Shown: positions 1 to 12,077, counted from the first letter of the stretch. The stretch: 33,448 nucleotides of DNA from Phoronis australis (GCA_002633005.1 NMRA01000262.1:552635-586082), one strand, 5' to 3'. Notes: generated from the sequence alone by a model not told the origin. Numbers and translations are program-made.

Positions 1-112
1 CAACGTCATGGGTTGAACCCAAGTCGTTCGGCACACTGTTCGGATCAGCAACTAAGTGTATAGAGTGAAGTGAAAGTAAAGTATATTTAGCGTCGAGAAG
101 GTTCGTAGAGGG

Positions 113-360
113 ATGAAAAGATGTGTTTGCGGAGGCTGCAGCAACAGCAGTCAGACGGAGAACGTCTCGGTGTTCCGAAGGACGCCAAAGTTGCGCAGTA
201 GTGGCATCGCTTCGTGCGCCGAACGACAGTGTGGGACCTCAGCGTGGACCAAGCGATTCTGTCCGGGGCCACTCTGTGTTTTGCCCACTTTGAGGAGTCG
301 TGTTTCGACTCCAATCAGAGGAGATGTTACGATGAAGGCCTGGTTCAATAAAGGACAATA
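113..360 (+). pseudogene. Degenerate THAP zinc-finger coding fragment (DNA-transposon derived), inside an upstream MOCS3 intron
   Basis: MKRCVCGGCSNS...SVF, then after a frameshift FPKDAKVAQ*WHRFVRR...TLCFAHFEESCF: the THAP C-x4-C...FP...W...C-x2-HF pattern, broken by stops and a frameshift. Confidence 0.75.
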
Positions 361-936
361 TTTACTATTCAGAAACATCGGCTCTTTATTCAGGATCGTC
401 TGTTGGATGACTGGGTTGACTGGTCGAGCCCGAGGCCGCTTCTCTGGCTGGAGGATCCAGTTCGCAAGGCCTCAAAGTAGAAAAGTACGCAGCTGAAAAC
501 ATATCAGACTCGTTCTAGCTTTCGTGCAACCCCATTTCGTCATCCTGGCCACCATTCTCGTACGTTTCTTCATAGTATTTGTTCATTTCTTGCTCATAAT
601 CGTTGTCGCTTTCAAATTCCCTACTCTACGCCGTTGTTCAATGCAAGTCGCTAATCTCTTGTGTTCAACCCATGATGTCACATGGCGGGAAATGTGAAAA
701 TTGGCAAAATTGAAAGAGAAATCAAAATTTCGAGCTAATGACACAAAATAATCATGGATTTGGCTACATTTTACGTCATACATTTAGTCTGTGGCCACCG
801 GTAATTCGAAATGTGCAAAAATCCATGGTGTGTACTGTTTAAAAGAAAATGCTGAAGACCTGAGCTTAGGAATACCCTTCTTATATCAATCCCCCGTCAT
901 ATTCCAGGGCAACTTGCAAATCAAAAATTCCAGTGT

Positions 937-1407
937 TTGACAAATTTTGACAAAACTTCAGAGACGTCTCTGTTGTGCAATTGCAGGCAAAATCAGACCA
1001 AAATTCACTTTCTGTTTGACTGTCTAATTAATATTCAACAACAGGGACTCTTCCAGATCATCGAAAGTAACTCTGATGTGTTCTCTACACTTAATGATTC
1101 CTGTAGTTTGCTAGACAAAGCCAATATCCTCATTCATGGTTCAAGTAAATTCGGTGTAGAAACTAATCTCATACTGCTTCAATCTGTCGTATCATTTGTT
1201 TATAATAGTCTGTTGTTGTACTGATGTGTTGTAAGTCAATGTCACTTTTCACTTCTCTCTTATTCTTGTATACACAGTGGAATATTCCTATTTATTATTG
1301 TGTCTTCATTGTTTAAAGCCTGGTTCTAATGCTAACTGCAGTTTCTGGGCTGAATTTTATAGTACTATATTTTTGTGTGTGTCTTAATAAATTTTATCTG
1401 TTAAAAA
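937..1407 (+). mobile_element. 3' end fragment of a non-LTR retrotransposon (CR1-like LINE): C-terminal CCHC-type region plus 3' UTR
   Basis: ORF 937-1224 reads CNC...QTKIHFLFDC...ILIHG...N...V..FV..S, similar to the ORF2 C-terminus of invertebrate CR1-group LINEs. It is followed by a T-rich tail, AATAAA near 1387 and an A-run near 1403-1407. Confidence 0.6.
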
Positions 1408-1518
1408 GGAGAAGGTTATCTCAGCTTTCTTCACTTTCACCCACTATCATCACTTCCGTGTTAATAACATGTGCTGCTTGTTTCATCTTCAGTATCAAGT
1501 TCACATTCTCACTTTCAG

Positions 1519-1609
1519 GACTATGATTCTGCAAAAGGCACCAGTCACTTGCTGATTGATGTTCGACAGTCTGTTGAATTGGACATATGCCAACTACCTG
1601 GAGCTTTAA
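1519..1609 (+). CDS. MOCS3: MOCS3/UBA4 (adenylyltransferase-sulfurtransferase) internal exon, start of the rhodanese domain
   Basis: Acceptor ctttcag at 1512-1518; translates DYDSAKGTSHLLIDVRQSVELDICQLPGAL(N), with the rhodanese LLIDVR...E..IC.LP motif; donor GTATCCTTT at 1610. Confidence 0.9.
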
Positions 1610-1613
1610 GTAT

Positions 1614-1680
1614 CCTTTAGCTGTGTTTAGTTGGGCACCTTTAGCTGTGTTTAGATGATAGCACCTTTAGCCCTGTTTAG
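1614..1680 (+). repeat. Short tandem repeat, ~24-26 bp x3 (CCTTTAGCTGTGTTTAG core)
   Basis: Three copies are visible; the first overlaps the U12 donor. Confidence 0.8.
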
Positions 1681-1705
1681 ATTAGGCCTCTTATGAAAGA
1701 GCATA

Positions 1706-1800
1706 TTGCATCTTGGGACTTACCCCCAGTATCCACATGATGATACCATAACTGGAGCATCTTACCCCTATGTCCACATTATACCATAACTGGTACATTT
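1706..1800 (+). repeat. Minisatellite (~40-bp unit GTCCACATGATGATACCATAACTGGTGCATCTTACCCC), left part
   Basis: About 2 copies; the same unit continues at 3514-3818. Confidence 0.8.
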
Positions 1801-1842
1801 TTATGGGCAGCGAAAAGGTTCAAAATAGACAACACTGCCAAA

Positions 1843-2100
1843 TAAACAAGTTACTTTTTAAACGGACAGGTTATTTGGTTCAATTTTGGCAAACAGACAG
1901 GTTATTTGGTTTATTTTCGACAAACAGACAGGTTATTTAGGGAACGAACAAGTTAGTTGCGCCGAACAGACAGGTTACTTGCGCCGAACGAACAGGTTAC
2001 TTGTCAAACGAACAGGTCACATCTATCAAACAGACAGGTTAGTCAAGTCAAATGAACATGTTGGTCTTGCCAAACAGACGTAGTAGTCGAACAGACAGGA
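1843..2100 (+). repeat. Degenerate tandem array of an AACAGACAGGTTA(C/T)T motif (~22-30-bp spacing)
   Basis: About 10 variants of aacagacaggtta / aacgaacaggtta; probably the subterminal array of a non-autonomous DNA element. Confidence 0.7.
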
Positions 2101-2284
2101 CAGAGGGCGCTGTCCCAACTCAAGAAATAGTTGACGTCACGAAGTCATGAGCCCCGCAATGAGCACAAAAATTCCAAAAAGCTGTTTTGGTGGTCTGTTG
2201 CAGTGAAGAATTTCTTTCATAGGACTGTTCTCAATTTGTCATCGACCATTCTTTGTATGAAAACCTCTTTCAAACACAACTCTG

Positions 2285-2952
2285 TGTTACGGTTTTACGT
2301 GGGTTTATTCTAGAGATCTACAAGATACATCTATTCACTATGCTGTCTAACTCTCAACTGAAAACTTGTTTGTCAGAACTAAAGATCATATGCTCATGAG
2401 TCATTATCATATTTCAGAGAATTGTTTTGCACAACTTACACAATCTATGATTCTAGCTACCAGTGCCATATAAGGTTATGTTTTGGACTCTGCAAGTTTA
2501 ATGAAAACCACGAACATAACATCCTCCCTTCTCTGAAAGTTCTTACTCATGGTCCAGTGTTTATATCTAAAGTTCTCCAGTCTGTCTTCAGCCACAGTGC
2601 ATGTCATCCAGTGGTGTCCAGTTAAGTTAATAGAAAACAGATGTCTTCAGTTTATCATAAGACACAAATTACAGCATAGTAACAAATTAGTGTAAACAGT
2701 CTGCTTAGTTCAGTTAAGTGATAGTGTCAGTGTTCTGGAATCAAAACAAACACAAGCTGCTAGTGGATCATCGTAGTAAACAGTTCTGTAGTAAATAACT
2801 TCTATGGGTCATCCAGTCAACTCTGGGTGGACTATCAGAGTGACAAGAACAAACAGTGATTGGTATTATTCTGACCAATTTCCTCACTGTGTGTATCTCA
2901 CAGGTGGTTTAATCACTCTCCCAGATCTGGTTGTCACAGGCTGGTTAGGTCN
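2285..2952 (-). mobile_element. Gypsy-type LTR retrotransposon 3' remnant: pol C-terminus, 3' UTR, PPT and 3' LTR
   Basis: Minus strand 2949-2884 reads PNQPVTTRSGRVIKPPVRYTQ*, a typical Gypsy pol tail. PPT AGAGAAGGGAGGA (2534-2522) directly precedes an LTR with TGTTA...TAACA ends (2521-2285, 237 bp) and AATAAA at 2309-2304. Confidence 0.8.
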
Positions 2953-3513
2953 ATGGCGACATCCCATTGCTCCCAACTTGTTCCATTCTATAGCCCAACA
3001 ACAAGTTGGGAAGTTTACCCCCGTAGCCAATATCTTACACGATTGCCATTCTGGCATTTATGATTGGAGGGCCTGCGCTCTTTTATTCGATAATTGCTCT
3101 AATCTCCGATCAGATCATATCTAGCCTGACTGGGCTGGGCTGCTAAAAATGAAAGTTAAGTTATAACATATTTGAGCTTAAACCAATAGCATTTCTGAAT
3201 TCCTCGTCAAATGCTGATCATGTTCCGTTTTTGAATCACCAAAATCGCCCAACTACAACAGAAGTTAAGACAATCTATTCTGTCCAAACGGATTACCAAC
3301 GAGCTGGGTTTGACTATGTTCTTACGCATTCGGTAATAGCGTGCAACCAGCGTACGTTTCCATTGAAGCCTGGGAGATAATTCCCGTTGGCCTGCTTGTT
3401 ATCATACGGGACAAAAGACTGAGCTGGGCAGTTAACAAAAGAGCCAGATGTTATCGCACGTTCAGCACCCCTCACGTCTGGAAAAGTTACTGAACGACAG
3501 AACGCTGTAATGA

Positions 3514-3818
3514 ATGTCCACATAATGACACCATAACTGGTGCATCTTACCCTCATTGCCCACATGATACCATTACTGGTACATCTTATCCCCTATGTCC
3601 ACATAATGATGCCATAACTGGTGCGTCTTACCCCCAATGTCCACATGATGATATAACGGTCACATCTTACCCCCAATGTCCACATCATGACAGCATAACT
3701 GGTGCGTTTTACCCTCATTGTCCACATGATGTCCTAACTGGTGCATCTCACCCCAGAATGTTGCATTGGTGATGCCTTAACTGGTGCATCTTACCCCCCA
3801 ATGTTGGCATGACGATGC
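3514..3818 (+). repeat. Minisatellite (~38-41-bp unit), right part
   Basis: About 7 copies of the gtccacatgat...ccataactggtgcatcttaccc unit. Confidence 0.85.
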
Positions 3819-4143
3819 CGCGAGTAGCTTAACATTAGAAATCACTCATTAGTACAGCATACTCTAACTGGATTTTTTCGGTAAAAAGCAGGCAAAGTAA
3901 AATCTATAATTTTGGCATTGGCATTATTAAAGTTGTAAATGTAATGTGGACATTATTGATAACTGTGAACTCCCAATGAGTAAATGAGACTGGTTATGCA
4001 ACATTACAGTTGGTACCTGGGATTCAGAAAATACTTCTGAAAAACTTAGCTTATCGACAATCAATTTGAAACCTTTCATCGTTAAAACACGTTTGCTTTA
4101 AAAGCTATTTCATGTGAGTTGTATTCCTTAATTGCGGCCCCAG

Positions 4144-4236
4144 ATATTCCTATTGAGAGAATAGAAAGGGATGAGTCAATAGCAGTGATAGACAGGGAGA
4201 TTAAAAAGAGGCAAGTTGATGGCGATAAGTTGCCAG
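4144..4236 (+). CDS. MOCS3: MOCS3/UBA4 penultimate coding exon
   Basis: Translates (N)IPIERIERDESIAVIDREIKKRQVDGDKLP(V); donor AG|GTAAGA at 4237; the phase matches both neighbouring exons. Confidence 0.85.
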
Positions 4237-4638
4237 GTAAGAATATTGAAACTTTTAAGAGGTCCACTTTAAAATGCCATTAAAAATGTCGGCTAGCTTT
4301 ATTTACTAATATTATGCATTAATGTTGGACTTGGAGATATATTCGTTGCTTGTTCTTTGTTTGTTTTTTACTTTCCAGGTCTGTAATAAATGTGTGAGCA
4401 TACATACTTCAAGTACATTGAAACTTGGAGCACTTGTTAAGAAATAATTGGTTCGAATCATTGAAATTGTATTAATGTTGGATTAAAATAGGAAACTGAG
4501 TTGTTCTAACAGTTACCAATACAAAAATATAATACTATAAAATTCAGCCCCAAAACCAGAGTCAGCATTATATCTGATTTTCAGACAACTGAGTTCATAA
4601 GTTGCATCATCAGAAGACAGACACGTTTTCTTTTTCAG

Positions 4639-4793
4639 TTTATGTGGTATGTCGCCTTGGTAACGATTCACAGACAGCTGTCAGACTGCTCAAAGATAAA
4701 CTGGACAAAAATACTCGGGCAATTGTGAGGGACATTCGTGGTGGACTGTTAAGCTGGTCGAAATATGTAGACCCCACTTTTCCTACTTATTGA
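4639..4793 (+). CDS. MOCS3: MOCS3/UBA4 last coding exon (rhodanese active-site loop)
   Basis: Acceptor ttttctttttcag; (V)YVVCRLGNDSQTAV...VRDIRGGLLSWSKYVDPTFPTY*, containing the MOCS3/Uba4 CRxGNDSQ loop and the C-terminal DPTFPxY. Confidence 0.95.
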
Positions 4794-4807
4794 ATGCACA
4801 TTGTTAT

Positions 4808-4813
4808 AATAAA
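4808..4813 (+). terminator. Candidate polyadenylation signal of MOCS3
   Basis: AATAAA about 15 nt after the stop codon, followed by T/GT-rich sequence. Confidence 0.6.
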
Positions 4814-5223
4814 CTTTCAGTTTGCAAGTTGCTTTTATTCTTCGGCAGTTTAATCTGGTATGACAGATGTAGAAAACAAACTAGAAATAGGCTAGAGTAA
4901 ATGGTTGTATTTTCGTGTTCTTTCTTCAAAACATCTATCATTGTTTACAAAATAGCTGCTGACAAATGAGTAGCAAAATTTCTTCAGTGTCTAACAATAT
5001 GTCACTTGCCCTAGTTGATCAACAGACTCGACTTTCAGAATTATGAAAGCCAAGAGCCGTGCTGTGGAAGATCAAGTACGCCCATAACACCAACAGTGTA
5101 AATGTGCTGACTACAACTTCTGTTAGCTGGGTACGTGGCAGCAGCGAAAATAGTCTTCAAAGAATGCTACTATTAATTATACAGTTAAGCATGTTTTCCT
5201 TCATAAATTAGTTGTTCATTTAA

Positions 5224-6923
5224 AGAAGAATGCCACCCAAAACGACATATTTTGTATCAATTTAGATCGAGTAGTTCTACTCGACAATGGCACGTTCGGT
5301 TGCGTTACCGGACTCCTGACGGAGATGTTGAAATTATCCAATGACGTAATTGATTTCACACGCAGTCTCTTCAGCCGTTCACAACACTGGTTACTGGTGT
5401 CAGCTTATCGCTTGAATTCATCGTTTAACACACTTTAAATCATCAAACTTCGTTGTAAAACCCTTAAAAATACACCGAGTTCTTATAAAAACGTGTTATT
5501 TTATTTCGCTGTTACGGATTTACTGGTAGTTGGACACACCGTAGCCTACAAAGTTCGGCAGGCCAATTTTCCAAGGTCCGTAGCACTGAGGAGTTTGGGG
5601 TCTGTCCGGAGATAAATTCGAAGTATTCTCCCGTGAAATACAGATCAGAGAACCTAGATCTGTGTTGTTCTACTTATGATTTTTAGAGTTCTAAACACAC
5701 AAAACGCTTGTTATCCCGGCCAGTGGCTCGGTACCCGATCAGGCCCGTCGCGGCCGGACTGACTTGTTATCCCAGCCCGGCAGTGACTCGTCGCGGCCGC
5801 CGGGACTGGTACGAACATAAACCAGCATGAGTTGGAAACTAAACTTCCAGTTACTAAAAATTATAATAGCGAGCCAAACAAATAATTGTGCACGTAAATA
5901 TTTATGTGAATTAGTCACGAAACTGAAAATCTAATTACTTGTCGGTGGCCGCGATGTCGGGTTTCCCTTCCACTGACCGTCAGGGCAAATGTTGCACAGT
6001 AACAATGATTTGAATAATGTATTTGTATTTCTGAATATCCCCTAACATGTGACAATAGCATATAAAATCGAGTAATTGTTTCACAACAGCTTTCTGTAGG
6101 CAAACACTGAATTAGCATGCGCTCACGACGGCCTCGGTGCCCTGTCAATTACCTTTGTTGCATCAAAAGCCGATAACGCAGTGGTTTATTCATTGCTGGC
6201 TTCTCAAAACATTTGCACTCACGAGCACCCCAAGGCATTACAAATTGTATCTAATGAGACAGCTAGACTTTGTTTCAGTTTCATATAAGCATTGGCTAGG
6301 ATGAGAATAATTCATTTTGAAACAGAATGCAGAATAATAAACGTCTACAGGGCAACTCGCCCCGCGCCAATCCCGTCTTAATCAAGAGCTCAGGCGACTA
6401 AGACTTCACAAGTCGGATCGTTAGGTTTCACAGGCTATCAGTTCGAACCGGAATACACTGATCAAGAAATACTAGAGGGGCGCCGTGAACATGCACAGGC
6501 AACGGAACGTATGGATAGTTCTTTGGTAAACCGGAATTCGTCAGAAATCACTGTCGACGAAATGCCGGCCACAGACACGGCGATGTTTCACGGCCTCATA
6601 CTTGCTATTACAGCCTACCTTTCATTATTTTTCTGACTACTGCGAGCCATTTCCTAAGCATTTCGGGCTCTCCAGGAAGTCGAAAAAACGATATACCCGC
6701 TTTCTTCGCAGCTTCATAGTTCGGACAAGCGGGAACGATGCTCCGCAATATAGCTGCATTCACTCAGGAGACGAACCACTGACGTCGCTGCGTCGTTTCT
6801 CACCTTCCTCACAGGTTAACGCGACACCTCTCGTCAAGCTGAGGTCAACCGTATAAGAGGCGATGTGGATATAGACCGATTAAGGCGATAAAAAAGACTA
6901 ATTAAATCGGGTGGCATTCTCCT
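5224..6923. mobile_element. Non-autonomous Kolobok-like DNA transposon (1.7 kb)
   Basis: 15-bp TIRs AGAAGAATGCCACCC (5224-5238) and GGGTGGCATTCTCCT (6909-6923), one mismatch; TTAA on both sides (5220-5223, 6924-6927); purine-purine termini; internal remnant GYQFEPEYTDQEI at ~6433-6471 (+), similar to the Kolobok accessory protein N-terminus. Confidence 0.8.
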
Positions 6924-7577
6924 TTAAAACACTGAACTTTATTATGGTACGCATACACACGTCAGTCACCCATTGCAGGCCTCACTCAGCTAGTTTCGGG
7001 AAAAGTTCATTTTTGTTATGGTCATTTTTTGAAGGAGTTGTTTGAAAAGGTGAGGTCCCTGGTATACTAGTGCCTTTGGGGCTGTTTCAAAATCCCTCGT
7101 TGATACGCAACCGGTAATCCAGTTTCTGGTGGCTTGGGAAAATGATACAGAGTGTGTCCCAAAAATGTACACTTAATTCGGTTCCCGTGGATCACTGAGA
7201 TTCTTCGCTGGCTCACTGCATGGTTTCACCTTATTTTTAACCTGTGCGCGTCAGTCATGACGTGCTCCGTCTGTTTAGGGCAAGCAAATGATTCAGTTTT
7301 TAAGAAAAAATTCATTGCGCAATACTTCTGGAAACTAAAAACGCCAAGGAAGTGCAAAGACAACCTTTCCAAATTAATGAGCAACGAGTTTTGTTTTATT
7401 TATTTAAGGACTTAAATTTCCTTTTCGATCTGCAGTTTGTGGATATAAACCACTAATCTAATTCCTTAGTCAATTAACAATTTATCGTCATTTGAATTGT
7501 GAGAATAATTTGGCATACTCTGTAGATCTGTCCGACATTCATCAATGTCCTTGAGAGTTATTTCAGTCAGACAAAAA

Positions 7578-10500
7578 TAGTTGAGTCGAAAAATGGCCCC
7601 CCCGTGCACCCCTCGGACTTCAACTTTTAAGTTGCATTTTTGCAAAGAAAAATATGTGTGAAAACCAAAAAAAAAATGATAAGCCGAACAAGTGTCCCAC
7701 GTGCGTTTTTATGCAAATTAGTGCCGCGCCATTACCGATTTTTCGTTATTTGATGATATCTCACTTTTGTTGTTCTTGTAAATGAACAAATCAAGTGTCA
7801 AAACCGATATTTTGAGGGTCAAGCATTATGATGGAATAATTTTCTTCATATTCTATTACATCTAATTTGTATTATATGGTTACTAACTATCAATACTACA
7901 CTGAAAGTGTACATAAGCCGATATAAACACTGCATGTGCAACTTTCAGTGTTAATATAATCAGCTCTTTAATGAGCCAAATTTTAACAAATGTTTTAAAT
8001 ATGTCAAGGAAAAAACGCGGGGAAATATCAGCAGAAATATGGACAATTATTAGGTGTTGATGTCAGTGATTACATGTTCGAACACTCCATGTCACTTTCA
8101 TTGCTTTCCGTGAAGCTTCCATACAACCCTCCACTTTCCTCTTCTGTGTCCACTTCACAAACATTGGTTAGCAAGAAATCAATCACTAAGTTTGGTAAGA
8201 TAATAATAGGGCAACACAACCACACAGGTTGTAACACTCTTTCGTCAGTCTGCATCCACCCTTGTCCTTCGTCCCAAGGTTTTGGCTTCTCATTTATGGG
8301 TTCGCAAGCACGCTTGTACACGGTGATACGGTGATTTACTCGTTGGATGTGAGTCTTCTGTTCAGAATGGCACGAGGGAAGTCGAGCATGGTCATTCTTG
8401 GAGTTGTGAGCAATTCATCTTCACCAACCCTTTGACGTAACATCTTGGCACTGAGTATCTATCGATGACTCACGACTCTGACCGTACATGAGGCAGTAGA
8501 ACTCTTCCAACTTACCTCCCAATCAACGTCACGTTGCCTGAATGCACGGTAAACTTTTTAGATTATTTTCTAGCTTTTTAAGAGGGCCAACCTTTCCTTT
8601 ACGTTTAAACGCAATGGTGCAGTCTTCTCCAGTGTATACATAAAATCCAAGTAGAGCTTCCACAGTAGTCTTTTCCCAAGGATTTTGCAAGGTCGGAGAG
8701 ATTCAGTTGTATCTAGATATAAAGTCCACTTTATAGCATGCCGCATGCTATAAAGTGGACTGGCGGCCAGCAACAAAATGACAACGACATCAGAGTCAGG
8801 GATCCAGACGACGTCGTTTCTGTACCCAAGTGAGGCAGCGTACTGGAGGTACAAAACAATTCTTAAGTCAGGCTCTTATTGGTTACTGTAGATATGAGAG
8901 ATCTCCTGAGTATGAACCGGAAACATCAAACCATTTTTATTATTACATTATGACATCGGAAATTAGTTAAGTAAGAAATAATTAGAAAGTTCTGTTCAGA
9001 AAAAAAAATTATAAACTTCATCGCCATCGGATGCCCGTCTACAATCAGGATGGCCATCTCGGTTTTCTTCTACCTGGAAACTGCCTTCTCACCACTTTAG
9101 ACTTGCAGTAACAGTTGGCAGAGTTGCGTTTTGTTGTCATCGTTTGCAAGAAAAGTTTTGAAGTCATACGGCTTATGTGTAGCTGGTCCACCCAAAATTA
9201 TTTTCTCTGAACTGTCACGTCACAACCGCTCCTGGGCTTTGATAGATTCAGGGTAGTAACTGTCAGTTGAGAACAAGAAGTGCTTCTTCGACACCGTTTG
9301 ATCAAGTACTTGTAAACAGACATTACCACATGTTGGAGGGAGATTAGCTAACATGTGGAAAAGAGCAAAACCATGTTGGATGAACAGAACATCCTCAGGA
9401 CAATGAAAGTCTTCTGGCGCAATGTCATTCAGAAGATAATGCGAAATGGAGGCTTTGTTGACCTTGGAAAAAATACCTGTTGTTCCAAGACTTAGGGGGC
9501 ACGGGTGGCAGAAAATGTCATGAGTTCTGGCATGTTCATTAGCTCGCCCAGTGTCTGGGATTTAACGGATTGTTCTAAAACCCCTTCGACNCAATAGATG
9601 CATCTGCGCTTTTTACACATTTCATAATCGTATTACGTCTAGGAGTGACTTTCCCATAGGTCTTACCTACACGAAAATCTGATAAGCTCACGTCTGGTGG
9701 TTAAAACAGAAAGTGACCCGTAAGAACATGATGTGATATAGCCGAATGTGAGCGTGCTACTGTTGTCATGCAAATAGTTTCACGAGTAGCTACCACTTGC
9801 CTTGTTCTATTAAGCTTAGGGAGAGAGTACGTTAACGTGAATGAACATAATTTCACATAATTGTTATTTATTTTCTGTTGTATACTCGTTTACAATATAC
9901 TACATGAAACGTTGAGATACTTTTTAGTTAACATTTTGTTTTTCAAAATGTATTTACTGAAGAAATTACAATTTCGTGGGTTGCTCACACTCTCCAAAAA
10001 ACTTGAATCTGCCATACACTGAATAGCAGACGATACGATTACACTCTGCGGGGAACGACATTTGTAGCGTTGGTAGGTCTTTGATTTGGTTTGGTCGCGT
10101 TTTTTTCTGCTTTTGGTTTTCAAACTTGCCAAATCGACTTTCTTAATTGCAAAAAAAAAAACAGAAAGCCAGCCGAGCTCACGGCCAGACTAGATGGTCC
10201 TGTGAGCGCTTGTTTTATGTTCAGATCGAATAAACTGGGTCGAGGAGGTCTTCAGTGGTGTGCAGGTCGAGGGGTTTTTAGAACAATCCGGATTTAACAA
10301 GGATCGTGAATCGGGGACAGTTCTTGGCTTGATACTGGATAGCCTATAACAAAACGATATACCTCACACGCTTGTGGAGAAACGAAATGAAAATTTAAAT
10401 AAAAATACGTCACTTAATACGTTAATTCATATTATTACCTTTCCTTGTTAAGATGGCTGCCATCCTTGGTTTCAGTTTTGCTACAGAAAATGCACTCATG

Positions 10501-11490
10501 TGGGAAAACGAGCACGATGGAGCACGATATTGATAGTTTATGGGGGCGAATGGTGCACTTCGGAGCTTCGTGCCCCTGAGCCTTCACTGTCCGCCAAGCG
10601 GTGATATTTGGCAGTGAAATGTTAATAGCTTTGTCTGTGATAACCCATTTTCCAATTCACTTGGAAGAACAGAAGGAATCTGATCACACACGGACTGCAT
10701 ACAATGTGGAGAATCATATGGCTGTTGGAGACATTTGTCCCGAATTTCATGAAGCTGCTGCAGTTTTTCGCTTGCTGTTCCTCTGGCATTGCTTAAGATT
10801 GAAAAGTCGCCATGTTCAGTTATAGAGTCTAAATGGAGAATGGATATGGGTAGAGAGTGTTCTTTGATGTCTGTAGATAAGCTTCGATCTCATTGTTTTC
10901 TTATAGCGATGATTTTTGCATTTTCGTGGATAGCTGCATTAATTTCGAAGCAGTCCAAATTTCCCTGTCCCCAGCATTGGATTCGCACTGATTGACATAC
11001 ATGTCAACAGCCCATTTGTATATTTTGATGTTAGTTTGTATTCAAGGTGTGTTTTACTTCTAAAGCTTTGGACTGCAATGTCACAGTTTGTTTTCATGGA
11101 TGGGTCAACATCAGTCCTGAATTTGGATACAAATAGAAGATTTTCATGCCTCACACAGTACTTCTGCTCCATGTGTTGAGTGTTTTATATCTAAACCATG
11201 TATAAAATAGTTTGCATCACTTACTTGTAGTTCTGTAATGTATGACCCACCAAATATGTGTCCAGACACTTAGTTATTTCAGTTATATGAAATAGTTGGC
11301 GACATATTTTGCAAAGTAACGCAAAATCGGTAATGGCGGCACTAATTTGCATAAAAACATACATGGCACATTTTTTCTGCTTGTTAACATCATTTTTCCT
11401 TTTCCACACATATTTTCCTTCATAAAAATTCAACTTAAAAGTTGAAGTCCCGGCGGGGGGTGTACGGGGGGCCATTTTCCGACTAGACTT
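7578..11490 (-). mobile_element. Decayed Academ-like (XPG-domain) DNA transposon, ~3.9 kb
   Basis: Imperfect TIRs of ~180 bp (7578-~7755 vs ~11305-11490; TAGTTGAGTCGAAAAATGGCC vs AAGTCTAGTCGGAAAATGGCC), flanked by AAAA on both sides; broken transposase reading frames on the minus strand inside. Confidence 0.75.
8070..11000 (-). pseudogene. Academ-like transposase pseudogene fragments
   Basis: Minus-strand motifs in order: GYHRQSY*HFT (~10645-10610); SIKAQER...KPYDFKTFLANDDNKTQL (~9250-9120); Q*EPDLRIVLYLQYAA...PDSDVVVILL (~8880-8770); YTGEDCTIAFKRKGKVGPLKKL (~8640-8570); RLPSCH...HIQRVNHRITVYKRA...PWDEGQGW (~8385-8255). Many stops and frameshifts. Confidence 0.75.
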
Positions 11491-12077
11491 AAAACGTTTA
11501 TTATACTTTGCTATTTGTAGATCTGATGTTAAACCGATTTTTTTCAATGTCAGTCTGCAACGAATTTCAATAAAGCACCGTAATGTCTTCAATGATTAGC
11601 TTCTAATCGTCAAAAAATCCGATTTTCGTAGATTCATGTACATAAACATGTAAATCAGAAACCAACAATCGATTCCATGAGCAATGCATTTACCTTGATT
11701 TAACGACTCAATTCCTTCTTGAACTCCTGTTTGTGACTTCAAACGACACATTTTGTACCTAAGTCAAAAAGCAATGCATTTATTATCCTTTGAATTGTGA
11801 GTATATTTTTGGGAATTGTCAAAATTCATCAATGTCTATGAGAGTCATTTTAGATAGGCAAAATTATCTAGGTGTACCGCTAAATTTACTGAAACATCAT
11901 CAATTCTTTCGAGATTAACTTATAATTGTCAAAAGTAATTTATGAACCTCGATTTTCGTAGATACATGAACATGTAAACAAGAAACCAACGAATTTGTTT
12001 ATGTTATAAGGAATTTCCGCAAGCACGCTCACAGATTTTGACGGGTAAGCAGGGGAACATTCGTACAATAAAAATTA

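Larger units (their letters stand above)
1610..4143 (+). other. U12-type (minor spliceosome) GT-AG intron of MOCS3
   Basis: 5' splice site GTATCCTTT (1610-1618); branch site TTCCTTAAT (4124-4132) about 11 nt before the end of CAG (4141-4143); no polypyrimidine tract; the phase-1 junction A|AT restores the LPGALNIP reading frame. Confidence 0.88.
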
